Source: Antedon mediterranea
Lineage: Eukaryota; Animalia; Echinodermata
Assembly: GCF_964355755.1 (NCBI RefSeq)
Contig: NC_092680.1
Location: 21,151,045-21,215,044, forward strand
Reading direction: 5' to 3'
Length of the DNA: 64,000 nt
In this document: piece by piece, positions 1 to 13,900 of the stretch
Layout of the letters: every line of letters begins with the position of its first letter
How positions within the stretch are numbered: the stretch's first letter is position 1
The notes under the pieces: generated by a model
The model's input: the letters and a program-made list of their open reading frames with translations, nothing else
Databases searched by the model: none
Told to the model about the DNA's origin: nothing
Made by a program: the position numbers and the translations under genes

Positions 1-1059
1 CATATGGTAGTGATATGCCCACATATGGTAGTGATATGACATCATCATGTTCATCTGTACTGTATGGGCACATCACATTTTGTTGATAGTGTAGACAAGG
101 TTTTTCAATGGAATGTCTTTATTTCTCTTATACTTTATTATTCAAATGATTCCTTTTTCATCTTTTGTGTAATCGAATGGTTGCTTTATTGACAATTAAT
201 AACATTATGTAATAATATATATTGCTACAATCCTATTGGCTTTTAAAGTAAATTTGGTATGTAATAAAATTATTACAAAAATTGGAAATTATGAAGCTCA
301 AATTTTGCATAATACTACACTATATTTTTTCTTTTTTTTTAATTCATACTGTAAAAGTAGTTTTGTCTGATATGTTATTCTTATTTCCTCGTATTAAGTT
401 TTTAAATTCTCAATAAAAAGTTCCGGTTATTACAGAAGTTCAATTGTGATATCTAAAATAATTGTTTCCTACTTTGGAGACTGTAGTATTTATTATAAGG
501 AGCTGTCAGATATAAACAGGATCTAACTACATTTTACAAGAAAAATAAAACAATAAATGGTAATTCAATTGTGTTTGACACATTTATTATGGGTTAAAAT
601 GTCCATAATTTAGTGTGATAACTTCAACCATTTGTCACATATCCTCCTATTAAAAAGTACAGAGGATAATATGTGGTCATGACGGTTTTAAAGTAATCAG
701 AAAATCACAAACATATTGTGTGGGTGCTTTTTCACAGTTCAAATTAAAATAACTTAAACACTATTTTCATTGTATTAAGTCCACTATATGACTAATATTA
801 TGTTATTGTAAACAATTTGTTTACTTCATAATTTGTATTTATTTGTTTATTTTTGTATTAATAATAATAATTCATTTATATAGCACCTTTTCAATAAAAC
901 AGTTCAAAGCACTAATTTACCGGTATTTATTTATCGGGGCCTCATGAGAAAAAATAATACTTTAATAATGTATTGAAATAGCAGTTCAAGAATAAAGATG
1001 TGTATTATATTGTATTTTTAATATAGTAAATATAATTCTTAGTTTTTGTACAGCTGTTA

Positions 1060-1218
1060 AGCTCTGTATACACATCAAACTAGTTTGACAAAAACATGTA
1101 ATGTGCCCAAATATGGTAGAGATGCCAAAATATGGTAGTAATATGACATCATTATGTCCATATATGAGCACATCACATTTTTTTTTGTCACAGAAAGCTT
1201 GATAATGTAGACAAGGCT
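1060..1218. mobile_element. MITE family A (TIR AGCTCTGTCTACACTATCAAAC, TWA TSD; PIF/Harbinger-like)
   Basis: TTA|AGCTCTGTATACAC...TGTAGACAAGGCT|TTA. Related copies at about 1-100, 3881-4004, 7183-7325, 8188-8692, 9048-9235, 11534-11667, 12444-12573, 18510-18618, 18638-18732, 20828-20977, 28181-28278, 29946-30293, 31229-31334, 37679-37820, 42059-42225, 44080-46431 (split), 48344-48593, 52883-53002. Confidence 0.8.
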
Positions 1219-1384
1219 TTAGGATAGTGAGGGCATTTATGTTCAAGTTAAGAAGTGAAAGATTCCACAGGTTACAATATGCCTTAACAGTTAAAAAAAA
1301 AACATTTTGAAGAGGCTTAGAGGAATACTTTAAAAATGTATACTCTGTACTGTTTTTTTTTTATTTTTCAAATCTGGAGCTTAA

Positions 1385-1565
1385 AGCGTGGTTCCCACTA
1401 GCGACGCAACACAAGGACGTAACGCAACGCAAGTGAATTGACCAATCACAAGCGATGGCTTATTCGCTGTTGATTGCTATAACTGTCTATAACTTCGCTT
1501 GTCATTTGTTAAAACGCTTGCGTTGCGTTTACGTCCTTGCGTTACGTTCTAGTGGGAACCAACCT
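1385..1565. mobile_element. MITE family B (TIR AGCGTGGTTCCCACTAG; PIF/Harbinger-like)
   Basis: Long imperfect palindrome, near-identical to 16671-16849 and 49319-49497. Confidence 0.8.
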
Positions 1566-1674
1566 TTAGTGTGAACTCATAGTAAGAACACTTTCTGTTT
1601 GGCCTCCTGACAAGATAGATGCAATAATGTACTTATTTGGAATTGTTGCTAAATGTTCTATTTTATTTTAACAG

Positions 1675-1886
1675 GCATGACCAATAAAGAAGTGTTAGAG
1701 GCTGTGGATCGTGGTTACCGTATGCCATGTCCACCAAGCTGTCCGGAGGACCTCTACTCCTTAATGCTGGAATGCTGGAAGCAAAACCCCATTGAAAGAC
1801 CCACGTTTGAAACCTTACAATGGCGACTAGAAGAGTTCTTCACGATTGATCCGACGGTTTATCACGAACAAGGCGTTATACGATGA
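1675..1886 (+). CDS. FRK: Terminal coding exon of a Src-related tyrosine kinase, FRK/Src42A type (rest of gene upstream of the window)
   Basis: Acceptor ttttaacag at 1674. Exon encodes [70 protein letters not shown]. PTFETLxWxLE plus a C-terminal regulatory Tyr is typical of FRK/Src42A rather than Src/Fyn/Yes. Confidence 0.85.
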
Positions 1887-2705
1887 AGCGGATATCAACA
1901 ACTTCTGCAGCGATATTCCGATGCAAGCGGTTGCGTAATGAACTCGAAGCGCTACAATGTTGTTAAGTATTATATAATGAGAGTAATTCATTAATTGTCA
2001 ACTATTATGGACTACAGTATAATCTGTTCATGTCAAGATGTTGTATCTTGAAGATCAAGAGAATCAAGAACACTTGGCTGAACTAATTAGCATACAGGTG
2101 TATTAAAAACAAGTAAATCTTAAATACTCCGACATAATTACACAACTGGGATAATAATGTTCTGGTTAATTTCATTTGTAAATTTGGGCAAAAATGTTTA
2201 TAATATTAATGTTATTTTATTTAAATTTAATGTACTAATATGACTATTTTAACTGGGCGTAGTAATCTAAAGTATGCAGTGAGTAAACAAGTTAGATTAA
2301 AGAGCATTAATAATTTTAAAAATACAGTAAAATATACTTTTAGACATCAGCTGTACACTCCTATACAATTATAGTGTTAGCTTTTTTACATAGTTTTTGT
2401 ATAAAAGTGTGTACCCCTGTTGTAATGATAATGTTTATAAAGTGTCTTGTTATGTATAATACTTGCTGACATAATGTATTCATTTAACTTGTGTGTTGTA
2501 CAGTTTGAAGAATTTTAAAAATCTTTAAAAATGAAACAAAAACAGTGATTAATTTCCATGCATTACATACATTCCGTTTTGGACAACAATCCTTAAGGTT
2601 GCCAAGACAACAATCTTTAAGGTTGCCAAATATTATGATTTGTTTTTATTCAATTTTGTATACACATAGCTGTTTTATAAAGACATAAAATAATGATGTT
2701 TTTTT

Positions 2706-2792
2706 ACAGAATTAGTTCTGTAACATAACATAATTAGTTCTGTTACATAACAGAATGAGTTCTGTAACATAACAGAATTAGTTCTGTTACAT
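2706..2792. repeat. 22-bp minisatellite x4
   Basis: ACAGAATTAGTTCTGTAACATA repeated. Confidence 0.8.
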
Positions 2793-3109
2793 TTCAAATA
2801 TCACCTCCATATCTGCTGAACTAATTATATCATTTTGTTACTGCTTCTGTGATAGGTTGTTGATGTTCTTCTTCTTCCATTCTTTGTAGTACTGTATTTA
2901 AATAGGGGCCTGTTTGTATGTTGGAAAATTTATTTCAAAATGGAATGTCTAATAGGTCAGAATGTCCAATAGGTCAGAATGAAACTGTGTTTCAATTTTA
3001 TCTAATAAAATTACAGCTGGGTTATTAAGATATACTGAACATGTTTAAGCTGGCTGTTTGCAATATTTACTATAGAATAGAAGAGTCTTGACAATTTTAC
3101 TGTACAGAA

Positions 3110-3350
3110 CCAGTGGTGGTCAGAATGACCATTCTGTCAGTTTCCAGTGTGGTGGTCAGAATGACCATTGTTTCATTTTTCGGTGTGGTGGTAACAGAAT
3201 GGACATTGTGCCATTTTCAGTGTTTTGGTCAGAATGACCAGTATGTCATTTGCTAGTGTGGTGGTCAGAATGACCATTGTGTCATTTTCCAGTGTGGTGG
3301 TCAGATTGACCATTGTGTCATTGTCCGGTGTGGTAGTCGGAATAACCATT
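3110..3350. repeat. ~36-bp imperfect minisatellite x~7
   Basis: CAGTGTGGTGGTCAGAATGACCATTGTGTCATTTTC units, each with a GGTCA-GAA-TGACC hairpin. Confidence 0.8.
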
Positions 3351-4097
3351 GATATTTTAAGAGGCTGTGCCAAGCATAGAATGTATGATGTGTTGTAAAC
3401 ACGGATTGAATTCATTAATATAATCCCCCACATACCACTACCATTTTTGTTGGTAGTACCAACAAATATCCCTCTCCAGCATAAAAAAGTTTTTATTTAT
3501 TAGTGAAAATGTTAACGGATTTAAAGGAAACCTTGTAACGGAGAGACACAGTTGATCTGGGTTTTTTTATTTTTAAATTGTAATAGTACAGTACAAACAT
3601 ATTAAAACACATTGATATTAAATAAATTATATCTTATAAGTTTCAATTCAGTATACAACTAGTTGTGTTTAAGTAAAACATTTAGAAATGTTCAGATTCT
3701 TTAATCTGTAACAGTATTTTATATTTTGGATTAGCTGGCAACTAAACATACTGAATAGGTTTCTGCACATGATGTGGTTATTATCACATGATGTAGTCAT
3801 CATTCATAATATACCCATATATCATGTAAGACCTGTGGAACTTTACTTGAACCTCAGTATAGCATTGCGTGTTGGTGTAAAGCTCTGTCTACACTATCAA
3901 AATTTGAAAAAAAAGTGTGATGTGCTTAAATATAATAATGATATACCCAAATATGGTGTGATGTGACATCATCATGTACATATATTGATAGTGTAGACAA
4001 GGCATACTGCATTTCAACCAGGAAATGCTCACAAAATCAATGAAACTATTCTACTAAAATATGCTTCTGATCTGGCTATAATAGTTTAGTAGGCTTA

Positions 4098-4165
4098 AGG
4101 CCAACTCAGACAGCATTGCAAGATGAGGCCTGGCGAGGTGTTGGAGACGCTGTCTGAGTCGGCTT
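4098..4165. mobile_element. 68-bp MITE, family C (TIR AGGCCAACTCAGACAGC, TTA TSD)
   Basis: TTA|AGGCCAACTCAGACAGC...GCTGTCTGAGTCGGCTT|TTA. A longer relative is at 53540-53722. Confidence 0.65.
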
Positions 4166-6229
4166 TTACATGATCAGTTTTAAAAGTTAGTCTTTGCAGG
4201 TCAATGAGTGTGACCATAAAAGGAATGTTTTCTACTACCTACTACATACAGCAGTATCAAAATAAAATAATAATACTTGAGGTACAAATGTGAATATAGG
4301 TTGCAATATATTAAATTGTATAGATCCCTTTTTGCATTTGTACATGTGACCAGGATTTATTTTTTGCATTCATATAAATATGTTACCTTTAATACTGTAC
4401 GTATATTCTGTATTTAAGATAATGGTTGTATGTTTTCTGCAAAACACATTATAACATTTTATATTTAAAAGAGAAATGAACCTGCTTGAACTTATAATTT
4501 TAAGTTTTTGTAATTTTTGAAAGGTCAAAAAACTGAGCTGAGCTCGAAGTGACCTCAGTCACAGAATGATGCAATGCTATTCCCACAATGCAATGCTAAT
4601 TACTACATTGCTGTTTGTTTTACCTATATGATATAAACCAATTTAAAGTCTTCAAACAATATGAGGCTAAATATTTAAACAAATATTGTAGCTTTGTAAA
4701 TTATTAGTTGATTAATTTAATTTTATTACTTTACTATTAATATGCAACCAACAATGGGGTTGGGGGGGGGGGAGAGAAATTGTGATTTAAATTTATTTTG
4801 GCATTAATGTTTATAGTTTATTTTTATTTTTTAATGAGTAGAATTTTGTTTTCATAGAAATGTTTGTAAAAATGTTTGCTGTCTTTCAAACTCTAGTGGT
4901 GCATGTTATTCTCATCATAGTTTGTAACCATGCCAACGATGGTGTTCCTATCATGTATATTAATAGGTAATTATTTATTAATTAAGTTTTATTTTTTGTC
5001 ATATTTTATTAACTAATTTTCAAACTATATCTGTGTTTTGCAAATTTAGATGGATTTGTTCCGGCTTCCATATTTTGATCAAAGAGTGATTATTGTGATT
5101 TGAATGAATACGATAATAATGTATTGACTTGGCCAATAAAGTAAAGATGTAATCTGTTACATGATGCTCTAGATTGGACTGAGTGTCTCAATCATAGGAT
5201 ATACATGTACTGTATCCAGCCTGTATTAGGCCTTGTAAATGAGAGGTAGGGGTGGGAAAGGGGGTTTATGGAAGTATTTATTGTGTACCACCTTTACTTT
5301 TTAGAATATTTGATTTTAAGGAAATCATTCAGTGGGTCATCTGTTCTGAGAAGAAATAATCGAAATTTAAATAATTTTAGCTCACTTCCTTCCTTGTTAT
5401 TCAATGTTTTCTAGGAAAAATGAAGTATATAATTTATAGGAGGTTTTAGATGTAACTATATTGTATACCAAAACATGTTATGAAAATTGGAAAAAAGATT
5501 GTATTGTGGAAATATTGAGTTTGACAATGGAAATTTTGTTCAAATCGTATATATTCTTGGTCAGAAATACATAACGGCATATCACTCCACCTATATGTAT
5601 TTAGGGGAAAGGTGTGTGTGTGGGGGGGGGGGGGGGGTGGTAATACATACAGCATTGAGTGTGACATGGCCATGTGCAGCTTAAGAGCATGGTTTAGTTG
5701 ATATGTTCATTTTAAATAAATTGTGAAATTTAAATTAGTAATTTTAAATTGAATTATTTTGTTACAAATTGTCCATTCTTTAAAATTGATATTATTTTGG
5801 TTTCTTAATAAGGAAATTCCAGTTTTATTTGTTGTACTTGATTTAATCCAGTTTTAAGATTTGTATTATAATATAATGACATATAATATGACCTCCGTAT
5901 GACCTCTTGTATAAACACTCTATTACCTAGAGAACATTGATGTATTGAAGCATTCTGTATGCTGTAAATTATGCAGAACGTTTGTTTTATTTTATTTTTA
6001 CATCAAATTAAGTAAAAGTGAAATCTGGCATCATGTAAGATTATTGTCTGTATCAGAAAAACTTTTGAAATGTGTAATTTATTTTTGTCTTGTGAAAGGG
6101 GGGTCAATCAAATGTCTCCGGGAAGGGAGGCAACTTCTGGTGAGAGGCGTTTCTATTTATGTAAACAAGGTGCACCATTGGGCGAGTCAAATGGGCGAGT
6201 CAAAAGGGCGAGCAGGTAAGGCTGTGAGG

Positions 6230-6695
6230 TAATTTCCCATATGATCGTAATCAAAACGATACTGGGTTGGTCTACTAGTGTTCCTGCTCCCAACTTGTGA
6301 TCCATTCATAGAAGCCTTGATGAAGTAAGCCTGGTGGTGACCATAGAACGGTCCCGAGATAACAAAGATGCAATGCGATGAGATAGGGTATATGATGCCA
6401 TTTACTAAAGAGCCAACAAGGCCAACTTTCCCCTAGTGTAAAGTCTTCTTGGATAAAAAGACCATAGGTCAAATGTACACAGTTTGCCTGTATGCACCTT
6501 AAAGAACCCAGTTCATCATTTGAGACAAGTTAGGGGTTACCCTGTAAACTAGTTCACGCAATAGCCCCTGTATCAGCAGGATTAACACCTTTTTGATAGA
6601 ACAGTGATTAATTTACTATTGGTTATCCTTGACAGAGCTATTCGGGTGAAAAAGCCTGACCAAAGACGATGTTAAGCTCTGTTTAGAATTATTCA
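6230..6695 (+). mobile_element. Decayed SINE with Deu/Nin-like central domain
   Basis: GC-richer island containing GTCTTCTTGGATAA...TAGGTC...CACCTTAAAGAACCCA...AGTTAGGGGTTACCCTG (6443-6545), resembling the recalled Deu/Nin consensus. Boundaries uncertain. Confidence 0.4.
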
Positions 6696-7971
6696 ATAAT
6701 TCTATCCAAAATACAAAACATTTTTCATTTGACTATTAAACGTAACAAAATACTACAAATAATTGAAATTTTGTCAAAACATTTATTTCTGGACTATTTT
6801 AATTAAAGAAAAAGTCTTGAAAACATTTAGAAACATTACAATTCACAAACATTGTGTTAATCAATTTTATTTATCATTGTTGCAGTAACTAATGATATAA
6901 AATGGCCGCCCATTAAATCTAAATAAAGTATGCGATTGGACATATTAATACTGAGTATAGTTTCTAAGTCTATACAAAAAAAGATAATATTCCCGTGTTG
7001 TTTGGAAATGGGATCTTATAAACTAGAAAGGTGATCCTGCTTGGAATTTAACCATTTTAATGACAAAATAAGAACTAACGATGAAAAAAAATATAATAAT
7101 AATGATTGGGCAATTAAGTGTAAACATTCTGGAAACAGTGATAACAATTTTCTATGCACACAAAATGACAGAACAGTTTTAAAGCTCTGTTTACACTATC
7201 ACATCAGTTTGACAAAAAAAAAAGTGTGATGTGCCCAAATATGGTAGTGATATGACATCATTGTGTCCATTTATGGGCACATAACATTTTGTTGTCACAT
7301 AAAGTTTGATAGTGTAGACAGAGTTCAAGAGTTTACTTGGCATCATTGAAATAGTCAACATCTGTGTATGTAATAACAGACTACTAATAGGCTTGTTGTA
7401 TGATTTGACAATAATCAGTAAATTCTGATCAATTTTCCTAAAACATATTATACAATTACTAATCTCTACACCAGAATAGGCCATTGATTTTACATTCACT
7501 AAAAATATATAAAAATAGGTAACAAATACAGTCTGAATTTCGTTAAATAGAAAAAGTAGAAGACATGGGGCACGGGGGTAACATGGCGCACCCGTTGAAC
7601 ACCATATTTGGGATTGAGCTTCCACCAATGAACACCCAGAATTGTGCAAAATAAAGGCTTAACATTTCACTCAGCATAATAGAGTAGGCTTCATAGAAAA
7701 GCACCTCAAATTTAACTATAAACTTGTAAATAAGAAATTGATGCAATTTACAGTTTTGCTTCTGTACAATTTAGGAATCATTTTAAATTGAAAAATTAAA
7801 TTATAATAGTACAAGATATTTTATAATCTTCACTTTTTAGGTTTCCTTTTTAAAGTTTATTGCAAATTGTAAAAAAGGTGGGGAACCTTTATAGTAAACC
7901 TACTATGTTATATTATCTGAACTATCATGAAATAAGTTAAGTCTGGAGGGGTTAAAGGTCATGCAAGATTC

Positions 7972-10900
7972 TCAGTGTTCCATCTTAGATTCCGCTGGTG
8001 GTGCCGGCTGAGGAGGTGAGTTGTCTTTACTGGTCTCGGAGCTTTCTGTGGATTTGGTCTGTTCCTTTGCCTGCTGACTGGAATCACCTGATAGAAGAAG
8101 AAATAAAACAGATTAAACACATGTATACATTTAAGCAACATGAATAGTACAAACTTGATTGTTGGTATTCAAACAAACTCAGTATTATGCTCTGTCTACA
8201 CTACCAATGATTTCATATGACTACCATATATGGACATGATGATTTCATATGACTACCATATATGGACATGATGATTTCATATGACTACCATATATGGACA
8301 TGATGATTTCATATGACTACCATATATGGACATGATGATTTCATATGACTACCATATATGGACATGATGATTTCATATGACTACCATATATGGACATGAT
8401 GATTTCATATGACTACCATATATGGACATGATGATTTCATATGACTACCATATATGGACATGATGATTTCATATGACTACCATATATGGACATGATGATT
8501 TCATATGACTACCATATATGGACATGATGATTTCATATGACTACCATATATGGACATGATGATTTCATATCACTACCATATTTGGGCATATCACTACCAT
8601 ATTTGGGCATATCACTACCATATTTGGGCATATGACTACCATATTTGGGAACAGCACACTTTTCAAGCTTGTTTGATAGTGTAGACAGATTTTAAAGCAA
8701 TAGATTAAGTGAATAATATTCATATTATTAGTTAATGTTAATTTGTGCGTATCTATGCTTTGAACTATAAGTCCACTGAAAAATTATTGATCTGATAAAA
8801 ACACTGTAAATTCAATTAGCATGGCTTACATCACTACTTAATTCATGTTTTAACACCACAACATTTTACAGAACCAAACATAAACTCAAGACATACCAGT
8901 ATCCATTTTTGCCTCAGCACTGTCGGCTTTTTCCTCAGTGATTTTAACGGAGTCAGACCTAAAATTGAAAAAAAAAAACATTTTAATGTTTTAATTTATG
9001 TAAATTAATACAAAATTACTGGAGTTTTTGCATCAGTTTCATTCTTAAGCTCTGTCTACACTATCAAATTAGTTTGACAAAAAAAAAGTGATATGTCCAA
9101 ATATGGTAGTGATATGAAATCATCATGTCCATATATGGGCACAACACATTTCTTGTCACATAAAATGTGAGAGTGTATAATAGTGAATAATAACATAAAA
9201 GGTGAATAAATCAGATATGATAGTGTAGACAGCTTTAAAGCCAATTCGTCAATAGCTTTTGTTACCATGGGTTACTAAACTACTTTCTGCACATCACATC
9301 ACTCTAGCTGACTTTAGATCAGATAGTAAACAGAGAAACAATCTCATCTATGTCTGTATATACAAGTAACCTCCTTTAAGAGAATTAATTAAAGAAGAAA
9401 GGTAAAGACTTACTCTTTAGTTGGTAGGTCTGATGATTTGCTAGAGTCCTTAGAACCAGCTGGTGATGCTCTGTCATCCTTTGTACCTCCTTCATCTTTC
9501 TTTAAATCTAATACAATTACAAGGTGTAGTACAGTGCAAGGAGTTGCAAATATGCCAACAAATACAATTTCATTTTATTAAATAAAGATATTAATAATAA
9601 TAAATCAGGCTTGATAGAGTGCATTATGCTAATAGCGCCAATGCGCATTACATTAAAACTTAAATAAGCAGAAACTAGTCAAAAGATAACTTAAATAGAT
9701 GAGTTTTTATTAACTGTTTCCAGGTTTTTGGTTGAATTTATTTTGGCTTTAATAAGTGAAAACCAAATTTTCTACGGAAGTGATTAACTTGATTAAAACT
9801 GCGAAATGGCCTATTCAAAATCTTTTTCTTTATTAATCTTCATGTTTTTGGAGGACATCTACATACATCTTTAAATATAAACACATTACCTCCTTTGTCC
9901 TCAGGTTTCGGTTTTCGTTTATGACTCTTGTGATCTTTCCTTCCTCCTTCGCCTTCATCTTCACTATCGGAGAACTCCTCATCGCAAGCAATGCGCTTGT
10001 CATGTGACATGATGGATATACGTTTCTCAGGGTCTTCGTCCTCGTTGTCGCTCTCTTCCGGCATTCCGTCTTCTGGGATTGGTTGCATCTGAACACCGGG
10101 TGCGTGCGGGATCATACGCAGATTCTCAAATAATCGTGTCCTGAATAAAATAAATGTAGAACGTACACAATCATGAAATCATTTTATTCATTAGCCAATT
10201 AAATTTGTTTTATATTTACAAATATTAGAAGTTATGAAGTTTATTCGTCTCAAAACAATAAACAAAACACACAAACATAATCATTGTCTGGTTTGATGCA
10301 AACTCACTTAATTTTTTCCAAATAGTCTGGTGTGTTTTGATTGGTCATATTAGACGGACTAATATGGAGTTTAAAATCTGGCCCGAAGTACTCAAAATAA
10401 TCATTATACGGTAGTTCATTAGCCACATCTACATTGAGGGCGACAGCAGTCTCGTAAGTCCAACATCGAGCAACGTTACGGATCGTGTATCCACCGCCAC
10501 CGAGGATCAATAACGGTAGATTGTATTTCTTCATGAATTCAACGCTACGTGCATGACCTGGCAAAAATATACAATAGATTGTGTATTAGACAATAATTTA
10601 AAATTTCTTTAATAGTTAATCACACTTGTACTTTAATGGTGGATAAAGTTCTCAATGTCTCCTACATTTAAGCATATAGCAAGTTTTTATTTTGGAACGG
10701 TAGACGTAGGTGACCAGGACAGTTGCGCAATGTCACGGTCTGTTAACTTAAAAGTGGATTTGAATTTATTGGGAAAATCATCATAAAAAATACATACAAA
10801 GTGATAACATAAATGACTGACATTAGCTTGCTAATAATAAACCAGCCACTGTAGTGTGATGTTGGTATACTTGTATACATACATATTTCATCATGTTTTT

Positions 10901-13900
10901 TAGTATACAAACTTATGATGGTTATCTATAGGCTATTAACTTAGCAGATTGCTAGACATAATACACCAAACATCTATCAATATAATAAGATTGTTTTTTT
11001 AAGCATTTAAAAAAAAAGGAAACATAAAACCTATAAGCTACCTAACCAGAACAAAAACCCACATAAATGCGTTCCGTTTACCAGTAATATAAGGTGCAAA
11101 GGTGTATATTTGTTACCTTTAAGTGTAATATTAAAACAGCCAAGTCTGTCACCAGACAACGAGTCGGCCCCACACTGTAAAACAATGGCGCTTGGCTGGT
11201 ACATCTCCATTACTTTTGATATAACCTACAAAAAAGTGGTAATAAAATATGGTACATCGTAATGACATTTGTAGCAATCATTAAATGTAACATTTAATGT
11301 AATAACTACTACGATGGATAGAACTACCGAGAGTGTTTAATTGCGAGAATACATAATAAATGTTGAAATACTGTATAAAGTTCAAACATAATGGTATCTG
11401 TATTTCATTTCTTGTAGTATGCATTATGAATTGTGTTCGTTTAAATCATTATTATGAATTTGATGCATACTCACCCAATAGCCTACAGCTATCAGTTACT
11501 TGTGCTGATAGCATCATCTTATTAAGAAACTAAAGCTCTGTCTACTCTATCAAACTTTATGTGACAAAAAAATGTGATGTGCCTATGTATGGACACAATG
11601 ACATCATACCATATATCATATTTGGGCACATCACACTTTTGTCAAACTAGTTTGATAGTGTATAGGTTAACAAAACCATTTAATCATTCATTAGAGTTAA
11701 TTCACTCTTATTCACCAAATCCTCAATCATGTTTTCAGAGAAACAAACTTACAGGTTCAAATATTTGTTCATAGGATTCGTCATCAATACCGTCTCTGAG
11801 AGGAAAGTTGACGGCGTAATACTTGCCACGCCCTGCTCCAATATCCTGCAATAAAAATCATATAAAATATGATGGTTAAAAAAATCCACTATGACATCAA
11901 ATTTAGTGACAGCTTTATGAATCATGTGCTATTTATAGAGTATAATCACATTTTTTTTTATTTGAATTTCTTTATTTGAATTTCTTTATTCATGACATAT
12001 CAACTTAAGTCATTATATGGGTATGAATATTAATTAGTCAAATGTTTTGATCTGGAGTTCAGGGGTTTGAGTCCCATACAAGAATTGTTGAATATATATT
12101 TACATTTGACCAAATACTTTGCTCCTTGAAAATTAAACAAAGGTTTTCAGTTATACGAATATCTTCCTGAATATAATAATAATTATAATAACACCTTACC
12201 CTGAGGTCTCCTGTACCAGGGAAATACTCTCCATATTTGTGGAAAGACACGGTCATAACACGGTCAGTTGTGTAGAAAGCTTCTTCAACTCCATCACCAT
12301 GGTGAATGTCAATATCAATGTATAATACACGTTGGTGGTATCTTTAAAAAAGTTAATCCATTTATTTCAATGAAAATCACATGTGCACATTGGATCAAAA
12401 CAAGACTCTCTTGTATTATTTATGTAAAATAATTGTAATCTTAAGCTCTGTCTACACAATCAAACTAGTTAAAGTTATATGTTCAAATATGGTAGTGATA
12501 TGATATCATCATGTCCATATGTGGACACATTACATTTGTTTTTTACATAAAGCTTAATAGTGTAGACAGGGCTTAAAATGATTTATTAAGTAACAGCAGA
12601 AGTGGATTTAAAGTTACAAAAAATTCCTTAAAATAATGGAAAAATGTTGACTCTTACTTGAGAAGTTCTAATATGGCAAGGACAATATCATTGACATAAC
12701 AGAACCCTGAAGCCTCAGACTTTTTAGCGTGATGAAGACCACCAGCCCAGTTGATGGCGATGTCTGTTTGTTGTTTGTTCAGCTTCACCGCTCCGGCAAC
12801 AGAACCTCCAGCTGAGAGTTGACAGAATTCATAGAGACCATCAAACACTGGACAATCTTCACCGACATTAACTACAGTAACACGAAAATAAATTATGAGA
12901 GTGAGTAATTGCATTATCAATATAAATAATTGTTTAAACATGATTAAAAAACAATCGTGAGTACAACTTGGTTTTGACAAATTAATATTTATTATCTGGA
13001 TTTAAAACAAACCTGATGAATCTATTCTCCGAAGATTAAATTCATTATAAAAGTAGATTTTAATTTCATCCTTACATGCATGTACTGTATGTTTATAGCA
13101 GAAAGTAAACCGATTTTTAGTAGTAGTAGTAGTAGTGTTAACACCTAGTAGTAGTGTTAACACCTATCGGTACAACTCAATGATATCCCCTATGGAAACA
13201 AGAGCTTATACATAGGGTTATCCTCTTCCTCTCATCCTGTCATTTGAATATGTATGTATTGTATGATAAACTAGCAACAAATACAAAACAAACAAAATGT
13301 GATAATTAAGTAAAACTTCCTAAATGCAATGTTCAAATTGCTACTTACACCTCTGCATCTGTTTGGCGTACTCTGACATGTTATCAGGGCGGATTGTGCG
13401 CAAGAATTTTATATAATCATCGCTATGGTACTTTGTCATCTCTTCTTGTACAGCCTTGTGAGGGCGCTGCATTGAAAAAATACAATAAAATAAAGATGAA
13501 AACATATTTAGTATAACTTTGCTCTCATTATTATTTAAAGATATTATCTGTCCAGTTATTGTTTGGGAGCTTTTGATTTGTGGGACATTCAGATGTGTTT
13601 TCTTAATTGGTTCTTTTTTCCTAATTTTTCTTCTTATTTTCAGGCAAATTGCCAAGGATAATAACCATAAGTGAATTCATTCACTATCCTTATTAATGTG
13701 GCAATCCTGTTCACAATATAAACATACACACAAGATGCTCTAGAAAAACAAAGTCTTATTACTAGTCTTTGGGAGTGGAGTTGTAATTTTTCATTAGATG
13801 TCATTGGATTGGTACTGATAGCTAAACATCATAACCACCATGCCACAAATCCACTCAACTTTTAAATTTCATAATTCACTCTTAAAATCCCAAACAAAAT

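Noticed and set aside
8207-8640. 32-bp repeats as a CRISPR-like array
   Set aside because: No spacers, and the array lies between MITE-A TIRs.
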